From: Marsupella aquatica
Taxonomy: Eukaryota > Plantae > Marchantiophyta
Direction: 5' to 3'
Assembly (NCBI GenBank): GCA_973895155.1
Contig: OZ316899.1
Location: 8,249,241-8,313,240 of the forward strand
Length of the DNA stretch: 64,000 nucleotides
Positions 1-13,200 of the stretch are shown one piece after another. Below the pieces are notes generated by a model. The model was not told where the DNA came from. It did no database searches and was given only the letters and a program-made list of their open reading frames with translations. Each line of letters opens with the position of its first letter. Within the stretch, counting starts at the first letter, position 1. The position numbers were made by a program, and so were the translations under genes.

Positions 1-1728
1 ATTTGGACTCCCGGCTCGTGTTCCGGTCTCCTTCTCTCCTTGACCCCGGTAAAGGGGTTTTCCCTAGTAAGTTGGCTAAGGCCGACTTTGGGAGCAGTAT
101 TCTGTACCGGTCCCGTTGCCGTTGTCGTTCTCCTTTCCTTCTCCAGCAATTTCAGTAGATTCTGCATGCCTGGTTGCTGCATCGGCAAGTCCTCCTTCCT
201 CGGCCTAAACACCTTCTCGATTGTAGGACTGTCAGGCTGGGTTGGTTTCTCTGTTGCCGGCCTCGGTTCCGAAACCTCCTCTGGTGCTCTTGCCTGCAAG
301 GGCAATACCGGGGCAAATATCTGACTTTGGGCATACCGGCACAACAGCGGCATATGATAACCAAGCTGGGACACGCTTCCCATGCCGATCACCAGCTGTT
401 CCTCCTTCAAGATCTTCTTTAGTTGGGTGAGGAGGTACCCGTTGTAGTCTCGGCTTGGGTTTGGCCTCTCCGCCAGATAGACCTGTGCCTTGCCGATCTC
501 TACCCTCGGCAACTTACAATGCATGGTTACCCGCAATAAATCGATCATTTCTCCTATGTGCGGGTTGCTGCAGGTGTTTTGGAAGAAGCCATTCTTTGTT
601 GATGGCCCTGGAAACAACCGGAACTCCCTGTCTGGCAAGGTCTTCCTGGTATCTACTTTGGTCTTATTGCCCATCGGCAAGCCAAATACTTTGGCAATCA
701 CCCGGGGAGTGAGATAGAAATCCTTCCCATACACCCTTGTGGAATTGGTCTTGGGCTCCCATGATCCCACGAATTCTAGTAAGTCTGAATCCGGCACCTC
801 TTGCTTTAGCCATGGTAACTTAACGAAGGCTTCCAAGCCGGATCCGGCCATGAAACCTTGGTATTTCTGAGTCTGCATAGCCGTAAAGCATGCATCCTCC
901 TCCCGTGCAAAGTGTAATTGCACCTCCTCAGGGAGGGTCGTGGCCCAGCCTTTCTAGGTGTCATCTCTTGTTGGAATGGCATTGATGGGGTCAACCTCCT
1001 CCTCTTCGGCTTCCGCCTGCCTCCTGCTTCCCTGCTCTACTGGTTTCCTGGGTGCCGCCGACCTCGTTCTTTTTGCAGGGGTGGCTTCTTTGTTGTTGTT
1101 CCCTTTCCTCTTCATAGCGGTTACCGTGGATGTTTCTCCTAACACGGTTGCCTTTGTCCACCCCTCCGTGCTACCCTTCAACTGCCAGTGCATGTCGTTG
1201 CAGCGGTTGATGGCCTCCCGGATGCCGACTATTCTATTCTCACAAAACAGAAGATTGTCAGGTTTGTCGGCAGTAGGCGTCCACAAGAATTCAGCCGTAA
1301 TGAGTTCTCCTCCTAAGAAAGTAAACTTCTACAGCTCCCACAGCCGAGCGAGTTCCTGTCATTCTCAAGCCGCTCTCTCCGATTCTTTGTCCTCGTAGGT
1401 CCCAATGTACTCAGTTGCCCATTCTAACAGGCATCCCCCAAAATGAGTAGCTTGATTGACGTTGCTCATACCCTTCTTGAGTTTATTGTCGGTATCTGCT
1501 TCCACCCCGAGTGCTTGCCTGAGCAGCGGACAGTAGTTGGCCTCCCGTAGTTGTCCGCTTGGCTCGTGTTTGCAAATGAGCCGCCATTCCTTGCGCTCGG
1601 TCCTTACCCCCCCTTGGCTGGTCTTCCTTCCCGTTGGTTACCCACAGCCGCCGGTACTTAGCACACCCTAACCCTAATCGTGTTCCCTCCCCCGACGTCC
1701 TTACTTTTGGCCTCGGCTCGGGTTCCAT
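1..1728 (-). pseudogene. Disrupted N-terminal half of the X-LTR-encoded protein
   Basis: ATG at 1728 (MEPEPRPKVRTSGE); ORF pieces 1483-1794 and 954-1286 match the copy 2/3 translations; in-frame stops. Confidence 0.85.
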
Positions 1729-1845
1729 AGTCACCCTTAATTGTTTATATTTCCCTATTTTTGTTACTATACTAAGGTGTTTCCTAGGGTACACTCCTGA
1801 TTTTACTATTTAAACTGGCCTAATGATTCCTGGCTAGGCATCACA
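1..1845 (-). mobile_element. Family-X giant coding LTR, copy 1 (first ~1.85 kb; remainder lies left of the window), inserted in the 5' LTR of element A
   Basis: Reverse complement begins TGTGATGCCTAGCC at 1845, the same start as copy 2 at 10236; colinear with copy 2 throughout; flank CAGCT at 1846-1850 is the expected TSD half. Confidence 0.9.
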
Positions 1846-2333
1846 CAGCTCAAGAGGTTGAGCTTCTGCAACTACGACCCAAGGTTGCAACCGCCGATGA
1901 GTTGTTAGCAAATGCGCATGCCCTTACCGCCTTAGCCGAACAGGCCAAAGCCGGGAAGGAGGACAAGATTGCACACCTCCAAACCCAGGTTGACAGTTTG
2001 AAGAACCAAACTGTCATCTGGCAGAAAGACCTAGAGGAGGCCGAAGAGCGGGCCCAGCGTGACACTACGGAGATTGCCACCCTGCAGGCCGAAGTGGCAC
2101 GGCTTCAAGCCAAAGCCGAGAAACAGACCCAGGTGGTGGACAAGCTGACGAGCAACGCCCAGCAACTGGAAGAGGCATGCCAGGAGGCAGCTGAGGAGAC
2201 AAACACGGTGAAGCAAGAAAACGAGTCTCTATTGGACCAAGTCCAGCTCCTCAAGGCGGACAACGATAGACTCCGTAGACAGCGGGATGGCCACTCCCAC
2301 TCGGACGGCTCTGGCAAGCGCACCAAACATTAG
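1846..2333 (+). pseudogene. C-terminal coiled-coil portion of the protein encoded in element A's LTR
   Basis: Heptad-rich E/K/Q/L/A ORF (LQTQVDSLKNQ...LQAEVARLQAKAEK) cut at its 5' side by X copy 1; same position and composition as the X ORF C-terminus. Confidence 0.6.
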
Positions 2334-2663
2334 CGGAGGGTTAGGCTTAGAATAGACTTAGGAGTAGCTAAAACAGGCTGGTAGGAAAGTGCCGGCCAGA
2401 AGATAGCGGCGCTGACACATTAGCTAGCCTGTGTAGAATAGGTTAGACTAATAGGACAAGCAAGCACCAACTTAGCAAGGATATAAGTTAGCGTAGATTT
2501 GGGCACAACGTCAGGCCGGTCCTCAGCCCTTAGTATTTAGCGGCCCCCCCAGTAGAGGTTAGAGAGGGGGATTTTAGACTCAGAAGTTGGCCATTCACAG
2601 TACGTACGGGGAGTCCCAAACTTGGTGAAGTACCGGAGTACCAAGGGGAGGGTATACGACTAA

Positions 2664-4273
2664 CACTAGTACATTTTGGGGCCTAGTCCGATTCTCACCT
2701 TCCGATGATGCCAAGGTTTTCGATTCTATTCTAATTGGATGTACGATCCAACCGTCCAAGCCAACGCATATCGGACCTTGCCATTAAACTAGAATCGGAC
2801 TATCACCATTTCAACCCAATCACAAACGGGCCGTCACTACGATGTAGGAAAAGTTGGATTGTTTGTCCAAGCCAGAAACAATTGGACCGCTTGGTCTGAT
2901 TCTTCTCCAATGCTAGATGAATTGGAACCCCTTTCCAAAGAAAAATGTAAGCACATTTTCCGATCAAATTAGAATTGGAAGTTGCCATTCAATACAAATT
3001 GGAAGTTTTCAATGCGCATGGAATTGGATATTTCAAGGTTTTCAGGATTGGAAAATTGTTTCCAAGTGGTAGGCAATGGGATTCATATTTGCAATACAAA
3101 TACAATGAGATCTTGGTCCAATTGTTGGTGCAATGGACTTTGTGGTCCAACTCTTTGGGAATTGGAAGTGTGTCTACAATTCATTTAGAATTGGAACCTT
3201 TGGCAAGCTAGGGTCATCCCTCATCTGCCCATGGAAAGTATTGACCGGCCCTGAATCATGTGTAGCATAGCCTTTGTAGTCTGTGTTCCTAGGATGAGAA
3301 ATCTTATGCCAATGGCCATTCCTATCTTTACAATGCACTACCCTATAATGGTTACCAAATTTTTTTGTTAAATTGTAAGTCAAAGCCTTTTGACTCGATG
3401 AAAAAAAATTCTTGCGGTCAACAAAAACAGTTGTCTTCATTGTCATCTAGGTCAAAATTCTATATATATTGTATCCCCAAATGAACTTAACCACGCCCCA
3501 AAAGGAATTGTAGCAATTTGAGGAGGACATAGGTTTTTTTGGCGATCTAACATTGATAGGTAAATTGGTTCCCATATGGTCAACATAGAGCTTTCACAAT
3601 TGACCACGCAACCCAATGTCATGATACGCAAGAATTCATCAATAATTGGCCCAAACTGTGGATCTAAATGAACTCAGAGATGTATAAAAACCCCAGGCAC
3701 TCTATAAGAAACATCAGATGTGCCTAAGGTTGCATTACAATGCAAGAGCTAAGAACTAGGAAGTTAAGCACCTATTGAGAGGAATAGTGTTTGGGATGGG
3801 TGACCTGACTTCTCTAGTAGCCCACAGTCTTGCTAAGACTTGAAGCCTCACACAAAAGAATATGCCAATTAGCTAGTGATATGCAACCCGTGGAGGAGTA
3901 GGATCAGGTCGGGGCAGCGCTAGGGCCGCCGATTGGGGTAATCGCACTTCAATTTTTGATTTGATTCTAATTGGGACCCCTATCCCATTGTAGTACAATA
4001 GCACAATAGTTTCCGATTGCGAAGTACTTGGAAATGGTCATGCCATTCTCACATAATTGGACAATTGTTTGCCATTTCTTTTGAATTGAATGCATCTTTC
4101 CAATACTAGTTTAATTGGACAAGTCCGATCTCGGTCCGATAATGCTAACCCGATTGTTTGGGGATTGGATGATACGATGCGACTTAAATTGGAACATTGG
4201 TAAAAACTGCAACAATCCGCCGAAGGGGTCCGATTTGAGGAGAATTGGATTAAGGATGAATTATGTACTAGTG
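2664..4273. mobile_element. Non-autonomous CACTA (CMC/EnSpm-type) DNA transposon, 1610 bp
   Basis: 11-bp TIR CACTAGTACAT (2664-2674) / ATGTACTAGTG (4263-4273); 3-bp TSD TAA at 2661-2663 and 4274-4276; subterminal AATTGGA/TCCAA motifs; no transposase ORF. Confidence 0.9.
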
Positions 4274-4840
4274 TAAGCTCACTGGGCAAGTGCGGAGCCG
4301 GGCTCCGTTGTAGTGTATACTCCTTGGCCTTGGGCCCGGTCGTTCACGAGGTGTCGAGTCAACCAATCGTAAAGTGTATGATCATAAATGAATGAAATCC
4401 TTTCTCCTTAATTCCTTCGTGTAAATCGTGATTTCTATTATGTATGTATGCATGTATGAGTCTCGTGTGCAAGTATCAATGTTGGGCCGAACATGTTATG
4501 CCAACCGTGCACGGGGTGCAGGATACGGGTACGGGGTTGCGAGCCCGGGTTGAGCTCTTGTACTAACGGATCCGGATCAAAGGCGGTAACACAAAGGCTT
4601 AGAAGTCCGTGAGCCGGGGTCGACCCCGGGTCGACTAAAGTATGTTCCGGCGGCGGAACACAAACTATACCTAGGAGGTGTTTGTACATAATAATAAGCG
4701 CACTTAGCGCTAGTTTATGTGAATTAGGAGCATTCTGTGCGTCCCTCCCTGCTTGAACCCTCATATTCACAAAGGATGTGCCTATCTAAGCCAAAGCCCG
4801 GGTTAAGGCCTAGGCTGACGATGTGACATAGCCTTTTTTT

Positions 4841-4858
4841 TGGCGCTAGATGGAGGGG
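4841..4858 (+). other. Primer-binding site of element A, probably tRNA-Asn
   Basis: TGGCGCTAGATGGAGGGG, one mismatch to the complement of the plant tRNA-Asn(GUU) 3' end as I recall it (CCCTCCTTCTAGCGCCA); identical motif at 45333. Confidence 0.8.
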
Positions 4859-4956
4859 GCACTCTATGTGTAGTAGAGGGGAGACATGTGCGAATGCACC
4901 CGGGCAAGGTACACCAGTCCCCAGTTTGTTACTAACCATTGTCATTATATGAGTAG

Positions 4957-7090
4957 ATGCCCGTCACCCGATCTCAAGCCGCTTACTTGAGAAGATTGAC
5001 CAGCGAACGAGAGAGTGCGGCGACAACAAGCTCCAAATCCTCAAGCTCGGAGGATTTGCTATCGCCTTGACGAATGAACATGCCATCGGGACCTTCGGGG
5101 TCCGGACCAGCGGTCCTGCTCCGGTCCCTGCTGCGCCACCGCTAGCAGTACCAATGGCAGCAGTCCCACCGGCTATGGCTTGCGCTGCCCAAGCTCCCCC
5201 GCAAGTATCGCAACGGTCACGGTTTCATTATTGACCTTTCAAAGGGCGTCATGGGGATGATCCGGATGAATGGTTGGATGAATTTGAAGCCACTGCTAAG
5301 GCCAATGGGGAAGAGGCCATTAAGCTAACCATCCTCCCCGGTGTGATGCGGGGGGAAGCTCGTCCATGGTACAACTTGCTGCCACCCGGGACTACATGGG
5401 CACAATTCCAAGCTGCGTTGCTGCAAGAGTTTTGTGCCATTGGATCAAAGCAACGTTCTTTATTAAAGATTGGCCGGCTTTGCATGGGAAAGAAGGAATC
5501 CTTGCAAAATTTCATTCAGAAGTTTCAGAAACTTAATTACTGCCAAGATCCGGCCCAGGCCAGGGGATGCGCTCCAGCTTACGTGGTTTCTCCATGGTTT
5601 GCCCACGAATATGCAATTTTGGGTGCGCCAAAATAACCCGATTTCAATGCAAGTGGCCATAGCATGCGCCGAAACCTACCGGGAGTCCACTTATAACTCT
5701 CGGCAAAGTCAACGGGCACGCCGACATAAGGGCAAATACAAAACCTTCAGTGATAGTGACTCCAAATCGAACGACAAGAAGAAGAAGAAACGCAAGAAGA
5801 GGAAGAAACATCGTTCGACCTTGTCTAGTTTGGAGACGGAATCTAGTTCTGATTTGACTTTGACCAGCGGACCCTCCACTTCCAACTCATCGGGAAGTGA
5901 TTTGGAGAGCAAGAGCCAGAGCAAGAAGAAGAAGAGGCAAGCTAAGAAGGAAGAGAAGGTCAAGCCTCATGTTCGACGAACGATCCCCGATCCAAAGGCC
6001 GCTGAAGCAGACAAGCTCAATGAAATTATGGATCGTCTCAAAGCATTGTCGGTACACCTTGCGGACAAGCCCGTGGAGAAAAAGAAAACTTCCAAGACCC
6101 GAGCACACGCATGGTGCTCCAAGTGTTTCCAATCCGGTCACGTGGTGCAAGAATGCCCGCGATGGAAGAATAGGGTCCATCAGGTGTAATTGGAGGACGC
6201 TGACAGCCCGGGGCCAGAACCGGAGTCCACCAAATACTTCTTTGAAGACGCCACGGATTCTATCTACCAGATTTCCACGATGGGTCCACGCAACTTAGCT
6301 GGTAGAACGGCCTACCCTTACCCAAACAATGGCAGGAATGTCCAGGTTATGAGTAACCTGAGCATTCCTCCTAAACCCGGGATTTGGTGATCCCCAGTTT
6401 GTTACAATTGTGAGAAGCCGGGTCACTTTGCCAGGGAATGCACCGAGCCAAGACGGCAGGGAGATGGCCGGGGCACTCCACTATGTCAAGTTTGCAAAAC
6501 TAAGGCCCACTCCACGGCCAATTGCCCCTTGGTGATCGCTACCTAAGCAAGCGCAGCCAGGCCGGTCCTGGGAGGTCCTGCTACTAACCATGTCGTCGTA
6601 CAAGTGATCGCTGTAGAATGGCAAGATGATACCACGGAATGGGTGAACCTGGTGGATGTGGTGGAACACCCGAACCTGTCGGACAAAGTCAAGTGCTACT
6701 GCATGGCGACTCGCACCGAACGAAAGCAAGAGAAATAGGAAGAGAAGCATTGGAAGAAGCAAGATACTACCCCAGTGCAGCCAGTAGTAGAAATCTCCCC
6801 AAAGGAGGATGACGACTACCGACAAGACAACCCAAAGCTATTCTTCCCCGTATCAAAGAATTGGTTTAGAAGCAGTTGGAGGCTTATGAAGCACGCAAAT
6901 ACCAGAAGGCTATCGACAAGGATATCAAAGCAGCTGAAGCCGCCCAACAACAAGAGCGGGAGAAGCAACAGGAGGAAGCCCAACAGCGTCCCAAGGAAGA
7001 GAAGAAGGAGGACTACAATATCCGACAAGACGTGAAAAGTTGCCCGGTCACGGCAATAGTAGGGCAATTACTGCACAATAACCCTCAGTA
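4957..7090 (+). pseudogene. gag: gag of element A (capsid-like region, lysine/serine-rich linker, three zinc knuckles), with stops and frameshifts
   Basis: MPVTRSQ start; DDPDEWLDEFE...GEARPWY capsid motif; CSKCFQSGHVVQEC, CYNCEKPGHFAREC, CQVCKTKAHSTANC. Confidence 0.88.
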
Positions 7091-10000
7091 TTGACAACAA
7101 GGCAGTTACTCACGGGTCGACGACGAAGGCGGCTACCACGGGTAGGGACGGCAGATTGCAACATGATCTGCGAAGACCTAGGGGCGCCGGACATATCTAT
7201 TGAGATAAACAATTGCACCATTAAGATGGTTGACCGTGGCGCGGGAGTCAACATCATGACTGAAGAAACGTCGATCAAGCTGGGATATCTCACGTATCAA
7301 CCCACTGCCCGAGCCATCCGATTGGCTAATGGGGCACGGGTCCTTCCCTTAGGCACGCTCACGCGGGTGCTCACTCTTGTGGGGGGCGTTGAGTTCTACC
7401 TCAACTTCCTAGTCATGAGGCCGGTGAGACCATCCTCTTATCCAGTTCTGCTGGGGAGACCATGGCTATACGGGGGCAACGTAGTCACGGATTGGGGAAA
7501 GAAAGAGTTGCAATTTGGAACACCCACCGTGCGAGTGTCATGGGCCTTGGATGACTATGAGGGAGAGACACCACAGGGGCCGGAGGAATATGATTCAGAG
7601 ACCTCGGAGGAAGAAGAGCCCAACATGATAGAGCTCATTTCATCTCTTTCCGAGGAAGATATTTTCAGAATAGAGGCAACACGAGACACCCATCTCATGA
7701 ACTACCCAAAGGAAGACACGTGCGACCTCAACCCGAATTCCTCTAACCTCTCAACTAAGGTGCAGCCCGCCCAAAGTCTCAGCCCAAAGGACACACAGAA
7801 TGTAGCTCCAGCTAAGCAGGGAGCTGAAGCCATTATGCATACCATCAACCCCTCAGGAAGCGAGGCCACCACGACCTCAGCCAAAGCCAAGATTTTGGGC
7901 CCCAAGCAAAGGAAGCAAGTATCCTGGGACCTGTCTATCCCAATGGAAGAAGATGTGGTCGCAGCACCAGAGTCAAACCCTACCCCGCCGACGTACGGAG
8001 GAGTCCGCTTAGCAGAGCTAGACACTAGCCTGGACCCAGGCTTGCGTAATCAAGTAGAAGTCATCAGGAAGGAGCACTACCGGAAGTACACCACGGGGAT
8101 GGATAAGACGTTCAATTTAGGCCACGCCTTGACGGGTGAGACCAAGAAATCCATTCAGTCACTGCTCAAGGAGTATGAGGATGTGTTCGCATGGAGCCAT
8201 CATGACCTGACGGGTATCTCTCTCAAGCTAGGAGAACACACGATCAACCTGAACCTAGGTGCACACGCGGTACGGCAGCGCCAACGGCGTATGAAACTGA
8301 GATATTCAATCTTGGTAAAAGAAGAGATCGATTGTTTACTGGCCACGGATATCATTTACCCGGTAATGGCAAGTGATTGGGTATCTCCCATCGTCATCGT
8401 GCCAAAAAAGGGAGGCACGGAAGGGAAGCCAAAAATCCGCATTTGTCAAGATTATCGTAAGCTGAACAATGCTACCCAAAAGGACCACTATCCGTTACCA
8501 TTCACGGACATGGTTCTGGATATGGTAGCCCGGAATGAAATCTATACCTTCCTTGATGGCTATTCAGGCTACAACCAGATTTGGATCCGCCTCTTGGATC
8601 AGCTAAAAACCACGTTCACTACCGAGTGGGGGACATTTGCATTTCGAAGGAAGCCCTTCGGGCTGTCTAACGCCCCGGCCATGTTTCAGCGGCTCATGAT
8701 GAATATTTTCCATGATTTCTTACGGGAGTTTTTGGAAATATTTATCGATGACTTCGCCATCTTCAGAACGGTGGCCATGCACCCCAAACACCTACAATGT
8801 ACTCTATAGCAATGCCGGGAAGTTAACCTTAAGCTCCACCCAGGCAAGTGTTTTTTTGGGGTAGAAGAGGGAGTGCTGCTCGGCCATCGGGTATCCAAAC
8901 GGGGTATTGAAGTGGACCAGGAGAAGGTAGCAGCCTAGATGCCAGTAGTGTTTCCAGTAGATCAAAAAGTTGTAAGGTCTTTTCTAGGCTGTGTCGGGTA
9001 CTATCGCCGGTTCATTAAAGACTTTGCCAGAATTGCATTGCCCTTAACGGAGATGATGAAGAAGGACGCGGTGATCAAGGAGACACCCCGGAGATGTATT
9101 GCTTTCAAAGAACTCCATAAACGACTCACCACCGCACCTATCATGGTCACCCCGGACTGGAATAAAGAATTCCATGTGTATGTTGATGTGTCCGGGTTCT
9201 GTATTGGGTCCGTGCTCAGTCAGGTTGATGAGAACGGATGTGACCACCCCATCTACTTCGCTAGCCGTCAACTATTTGCAGCCGAGAAAAACTATTCTCC
9301 GACTGATCAAGAAGCTCTAGGTATTATCTACTCATGTAAGAAGTTCCGACACTATCTGCTTGGTTATAAGGTCATATTCCACACGGATCATGATAGCCTA
9401 AGTACATGGTAAACAAAGCAGATGTCACGGGACGGATAGCCCGGTGGGTGTTACTACTGCAAGGGTTTAATTACAAAGTATGGGTTTGACCCGGGAAGGC
9501 ACACCTCAACGCTGATTTCTTTTCAAGACTGGACGGAGTACCGGTTGAGCAACCCATTAACAACACCTTCCCCAATGAGGAATTGTTCCACATCGGGACG
9601 GGAGCGCCAACGTGGTATGGGCCAATCATTACGTTTTCCTTCTGACTGGGCGTATCCCTGACCGCATCAACCAGGAAGCTGCCGCTGTATTCCTTTGAAA
9701 GGCGGGGCCATACATCATGATATGGGGCCACTTACACAAGGAAGGAATTAACGGGAAAATACGACGCTGCCTGGACTACAAAGAAACTCTCATTGTGATG
9801 CGGGCCTTGCATGAAGAGGAAGTAGGAGGCCATTTTGCAGCTATCACCACCGCCCGGAAGATTCTCAACTCAGGGTATTGGTGGCCCACGTTGCATAGGG
9901 ATGTGCAGCGCTTCATCAAGGGCTGTGACCTGTGTCAGCGGGCTGGGGCCCCAAGACGAGCTCATCATCACCCCCTCACGTCAGTACCTCCCTTAGCACC

Positions 10001-10235
10001 TTTCGAAAAGTGGGGTATTGATTATATCGGGCCGTTCACTCCCGTTACCCAAAGATGAAGATGCAGGTACATCCTATTAGCTATAGATTACTCCACGAAG
10101 TGGGTCGAAGCACGGGCTACGGTGAGGGACGATGCCGCCACAAGCGCCCGGTTCTTATACAAGTAGATCTTCACCCGGTTTGGGCCAACCTTGGAATTAG
10201 TAAGCAACCGTGGAACACACTTCCTCAATGATACC
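7091..10235 (+). pseudogene. pol: pol of element A: aspartic protease, reverse transcriptase, RNase H, integrase N-terminal half
   Basis: PR (VDRGAG...VLLGRPWL); RT (SDWVSPIVIVPKKGG, DYRKLN, LDGYSGYNQI, IFIDDF); RH (VYVDVSGFCIGSVLSQ, NYSPTDQEAL); INT HHCC (HEEEVGGHF...CDLCQ) and WGIDYIGPF; several stops. Confidence 0.95.
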
Positions 10236-13200
10236 TGTGATGCCTAGCCAAGAATCACTAGGCCAGTTAAGTGGGGAAATGGAGGTGTACCCTATAAACA
10301 CATTAGTATAGTAACAAAAACAAGGAAAATATAAACAATTAGGGTGACTATGGAACCCGGGCTGAGGCCAGAGGTAAGGACGTCGGGGGAGAGAACACGA
10401 TTAGGGTTAGGGTGCGCTAAGCATCGGCGGCTAGGGGTAACCAACAGGAGGAAAGACCAGAGGAGGAGAGGGGTAAGGACCGCTCGCGAGGAATGGTGGC
10501 TCATTTGCAAGCACGAACTGGGCAGACGACTATGGAAGGCCAACTATTGTCAACTGCTTAGGCAAACACTCTGGGCGGGAGCAGATACCAACGATCGAGT
10601 CAAGGAGGGTATGAGCAACGTCAATCAAGCGGCACATTTTTGGGGATGCCTGTTCGAACGGGCAACTGAGTACATTAGGACTTACGAGAATGAGGAATCG
10701 GAGAGAGCAGCTCAAGAACGGCAGGAGCTCGCTCGATTGTGGGAGCTGCAGAAGTCTACCTTCTTAGAAGGAGAACTCATCAAGGCCGAGTTCTTGTGGA
10801 CTCCTACTGCCAATCAACTCGATGACCTTATGTTTTGCGAAGACAGAATCGTCGGCATTCGGGAAGCCATCAACCGTTGCAACGATGTGCACTGGGAGTT
10901 AAAGGGTAGCACGAAGGGGTGGACAAAGGCAACTGTGCTAGGAGAAACATCCACGGCAGCCGAGATGAAGAGGAAAGGAAACAACAACGAAGAGGCCACC
11001 TCGGAAAAAAGGCCGAGGCCGGGACAACCAGTAATGAAGCCGAGGTACAAGAAGAAAGAACAAGGTCGGCGGCACCAAGGAAGCCAGCAGAGTAGCAGAA
11101 CAGGAGGCAGGGAGAAGCCGAAGAGGAGGAGGTCGATCCCATCAATGCCATTCCAACAAAGGATGACACCTGGAAAGGCTGGGCGGCAACCCTACCAGAG
11201 GAAGTGCAATTACATTTTGCACGGGAGGAGGATGCATGCTTTACGGCCATGCAGACCAAGAAGTACCAGGGCTTCATGGCCGGATCCGGCTTGGAAGCCT
11301 TCGTAAGATTACCATGGCTGAAGCCGGAGGTGCCGGACTCAGACTTATTAGAATTTGTGGGATCATGGGAACCCGAGACCAATTCCACGAGGGTGTATGG
11401 GAAGGATTTCTATCTCACTCCCCGGGTGATTGCCAAGGTGTTTGGCTTGCCGATGGGTAATAAGACCAAGGTTGATACCAGGAAGACCTTACCTGACAAG
11501 GAGTTCCGATCGTTCCCAGGACCATCAACAAAGAATGGCTTCTTTCGGAACACTTGCACCAACCCGCACATCGGAGAGATGATCGATTTCTTGCGGGTGA
11601 CCATGCATTGTAACTTGCCGAGGGCAGAGATCGGCAAGGCTCAGGTCTACCTGGCAGAAAGGCCAGACCCAAGCCCGGATTACAACGGGTACCTCCTCAA
11701 CCAATTGAAGAAGATCTTGAAGGAGGAACAGCAGGTGACCGGTGTGGGAAGCGTGTCCCAACTTGACTATCACATGCCGCTGTTGTGCCGGTATGCCAGA
11801 AGTCAAATCTTTGCCCCAGTACTTCCCCTATCGGCAAGGGCACCGGAGGAGGTTTCGGAACAGAGGCCGGCAACAGAAGAGCCCAACCAGCCTGCCAATC
11901 TTACGATCGAGCAGGTGTTTCGGCCAAGGAAAGAAGACTTGCCGATGCAACAATCAGGCATGCAGAATCTGTTGAAATTGCTGGAGAAGGAGAAAACGGC
12001 ACCGGCAACGGCAATGGCAACGGCACCGGTACAGGACACTGCCCTAGAGGCCGGCCTAAGCCGACTCAGGAGGGAAAACCCCTTTACTGGAGCCAACAAG
12101 AAAAGGAGGCCGGAACACAAGCCAGGAGTTTGAATGTATGTGGGAGCCTCAAGCCCCAAATCGAAGGCAGAGTAGCCTAAGGCTCCTTCCCGTGGAAAGC
12201 AGAGGGAGAGGACAGCCTGGAAACCAGAGGAGGAACCAGAGCCCATGATCTGTGAGGCCGTTTTTACAGCAGGACCAGGGGAACGGAGGGGGAAGTCAGG
12301 AGTGCAAGTAGTGGAGGAGGCAGTGGAGGACTACAGCAATGATAACTCCGGCTATGGGTCGGATCATCATGTTCCAGGAGTACGGACCTATGGCCGGTTT
12401 ATCCCCACGCTTCCAAGAGTAGTTTGAGGGGACCCCACCCAGCAGAGTAGCCCCGAGTCTCCCCCACCAGAGGTTGCTCCCCTGAGCTTTGACGGCATAA
12501 AGCAGACTACACAAGAATTTCAGGAGCGACTTAGGGAGGAAGAGAAAGCAGTCCTGGCTAGGGAGAAAGATTTACCAGGAGGAGATTGGCCGGAGGACAT
12601 CAGGAGGCTTTCCAAAAAAAGAAGCAACCCTCTTGCCACCGTAGAAGAAATCGGCAAGGCGGCTTGGGAACAGAGGCCGGGGTGGTTGATGCCGATGACT
12701 TCTACTTACTCCACCTATGCTAAAGATAGAGCCATGGAGTACGGGGAGATGTGTGGGGACCTGGCGCTCAGCATCTTTGGGGAGGAGTTGGAGCAGGGAC
12801 CTTTTTTCCAGAGGGAGATGTTGGAGAAGCACCGATTAGAAGAAGCGGTGGCTTTGGAGAGAAGCAAGAAGGACGAGGTCATCCGACGGCTTAGGGAGAT
12901 GGAAGCCGAGGTGGAAGACCTGCAGGCGGCCAAGAAAGCCCAAGATGAGCTGCGGATTAAGCGACATGAGCTAAACATCATGCAAGGACAATTGGATGCC
13001 GCTCAGTCTGGCAATTAGATTATCAAAGATAAACTGACTCGGACCCAAGGAGAGTTGGTCGGCGCGGTCAAGGACAGGGAAAAGTGGAAGCAGGAGCTGA
13101 GGGACGCAGAGGAGGCCCACATAACCGCCAACAACCGGGCCATGGCGGAGACTCAGAGAAGGGAGAGGGCGTTGAAAGGAGAGCTCGAGGATATCCGCGG

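Larger units (their letters stand above)
1846..4828 (+). repeat. Visible part of the 5' LTR of element A (interrupted by CACTA element 2664-4273)
   Basis: 4402-4828 is near-identical to the end of the 3' LTR and is followed by the PBS; assigning 1846-4401 to the LTR is inferred from continuity and from the coiled-coil ORF expected in these LTRs. Confidence 0.7.

Noticed and set aside
40-1398. Plus-strand ORFs over X copy 1 (and the equivalent antisense ORFs over other copies)
   Set aside because: Shadow frames of the conserved opposite-strand ORF; Ser/Leu/Phe-rich antisense composition
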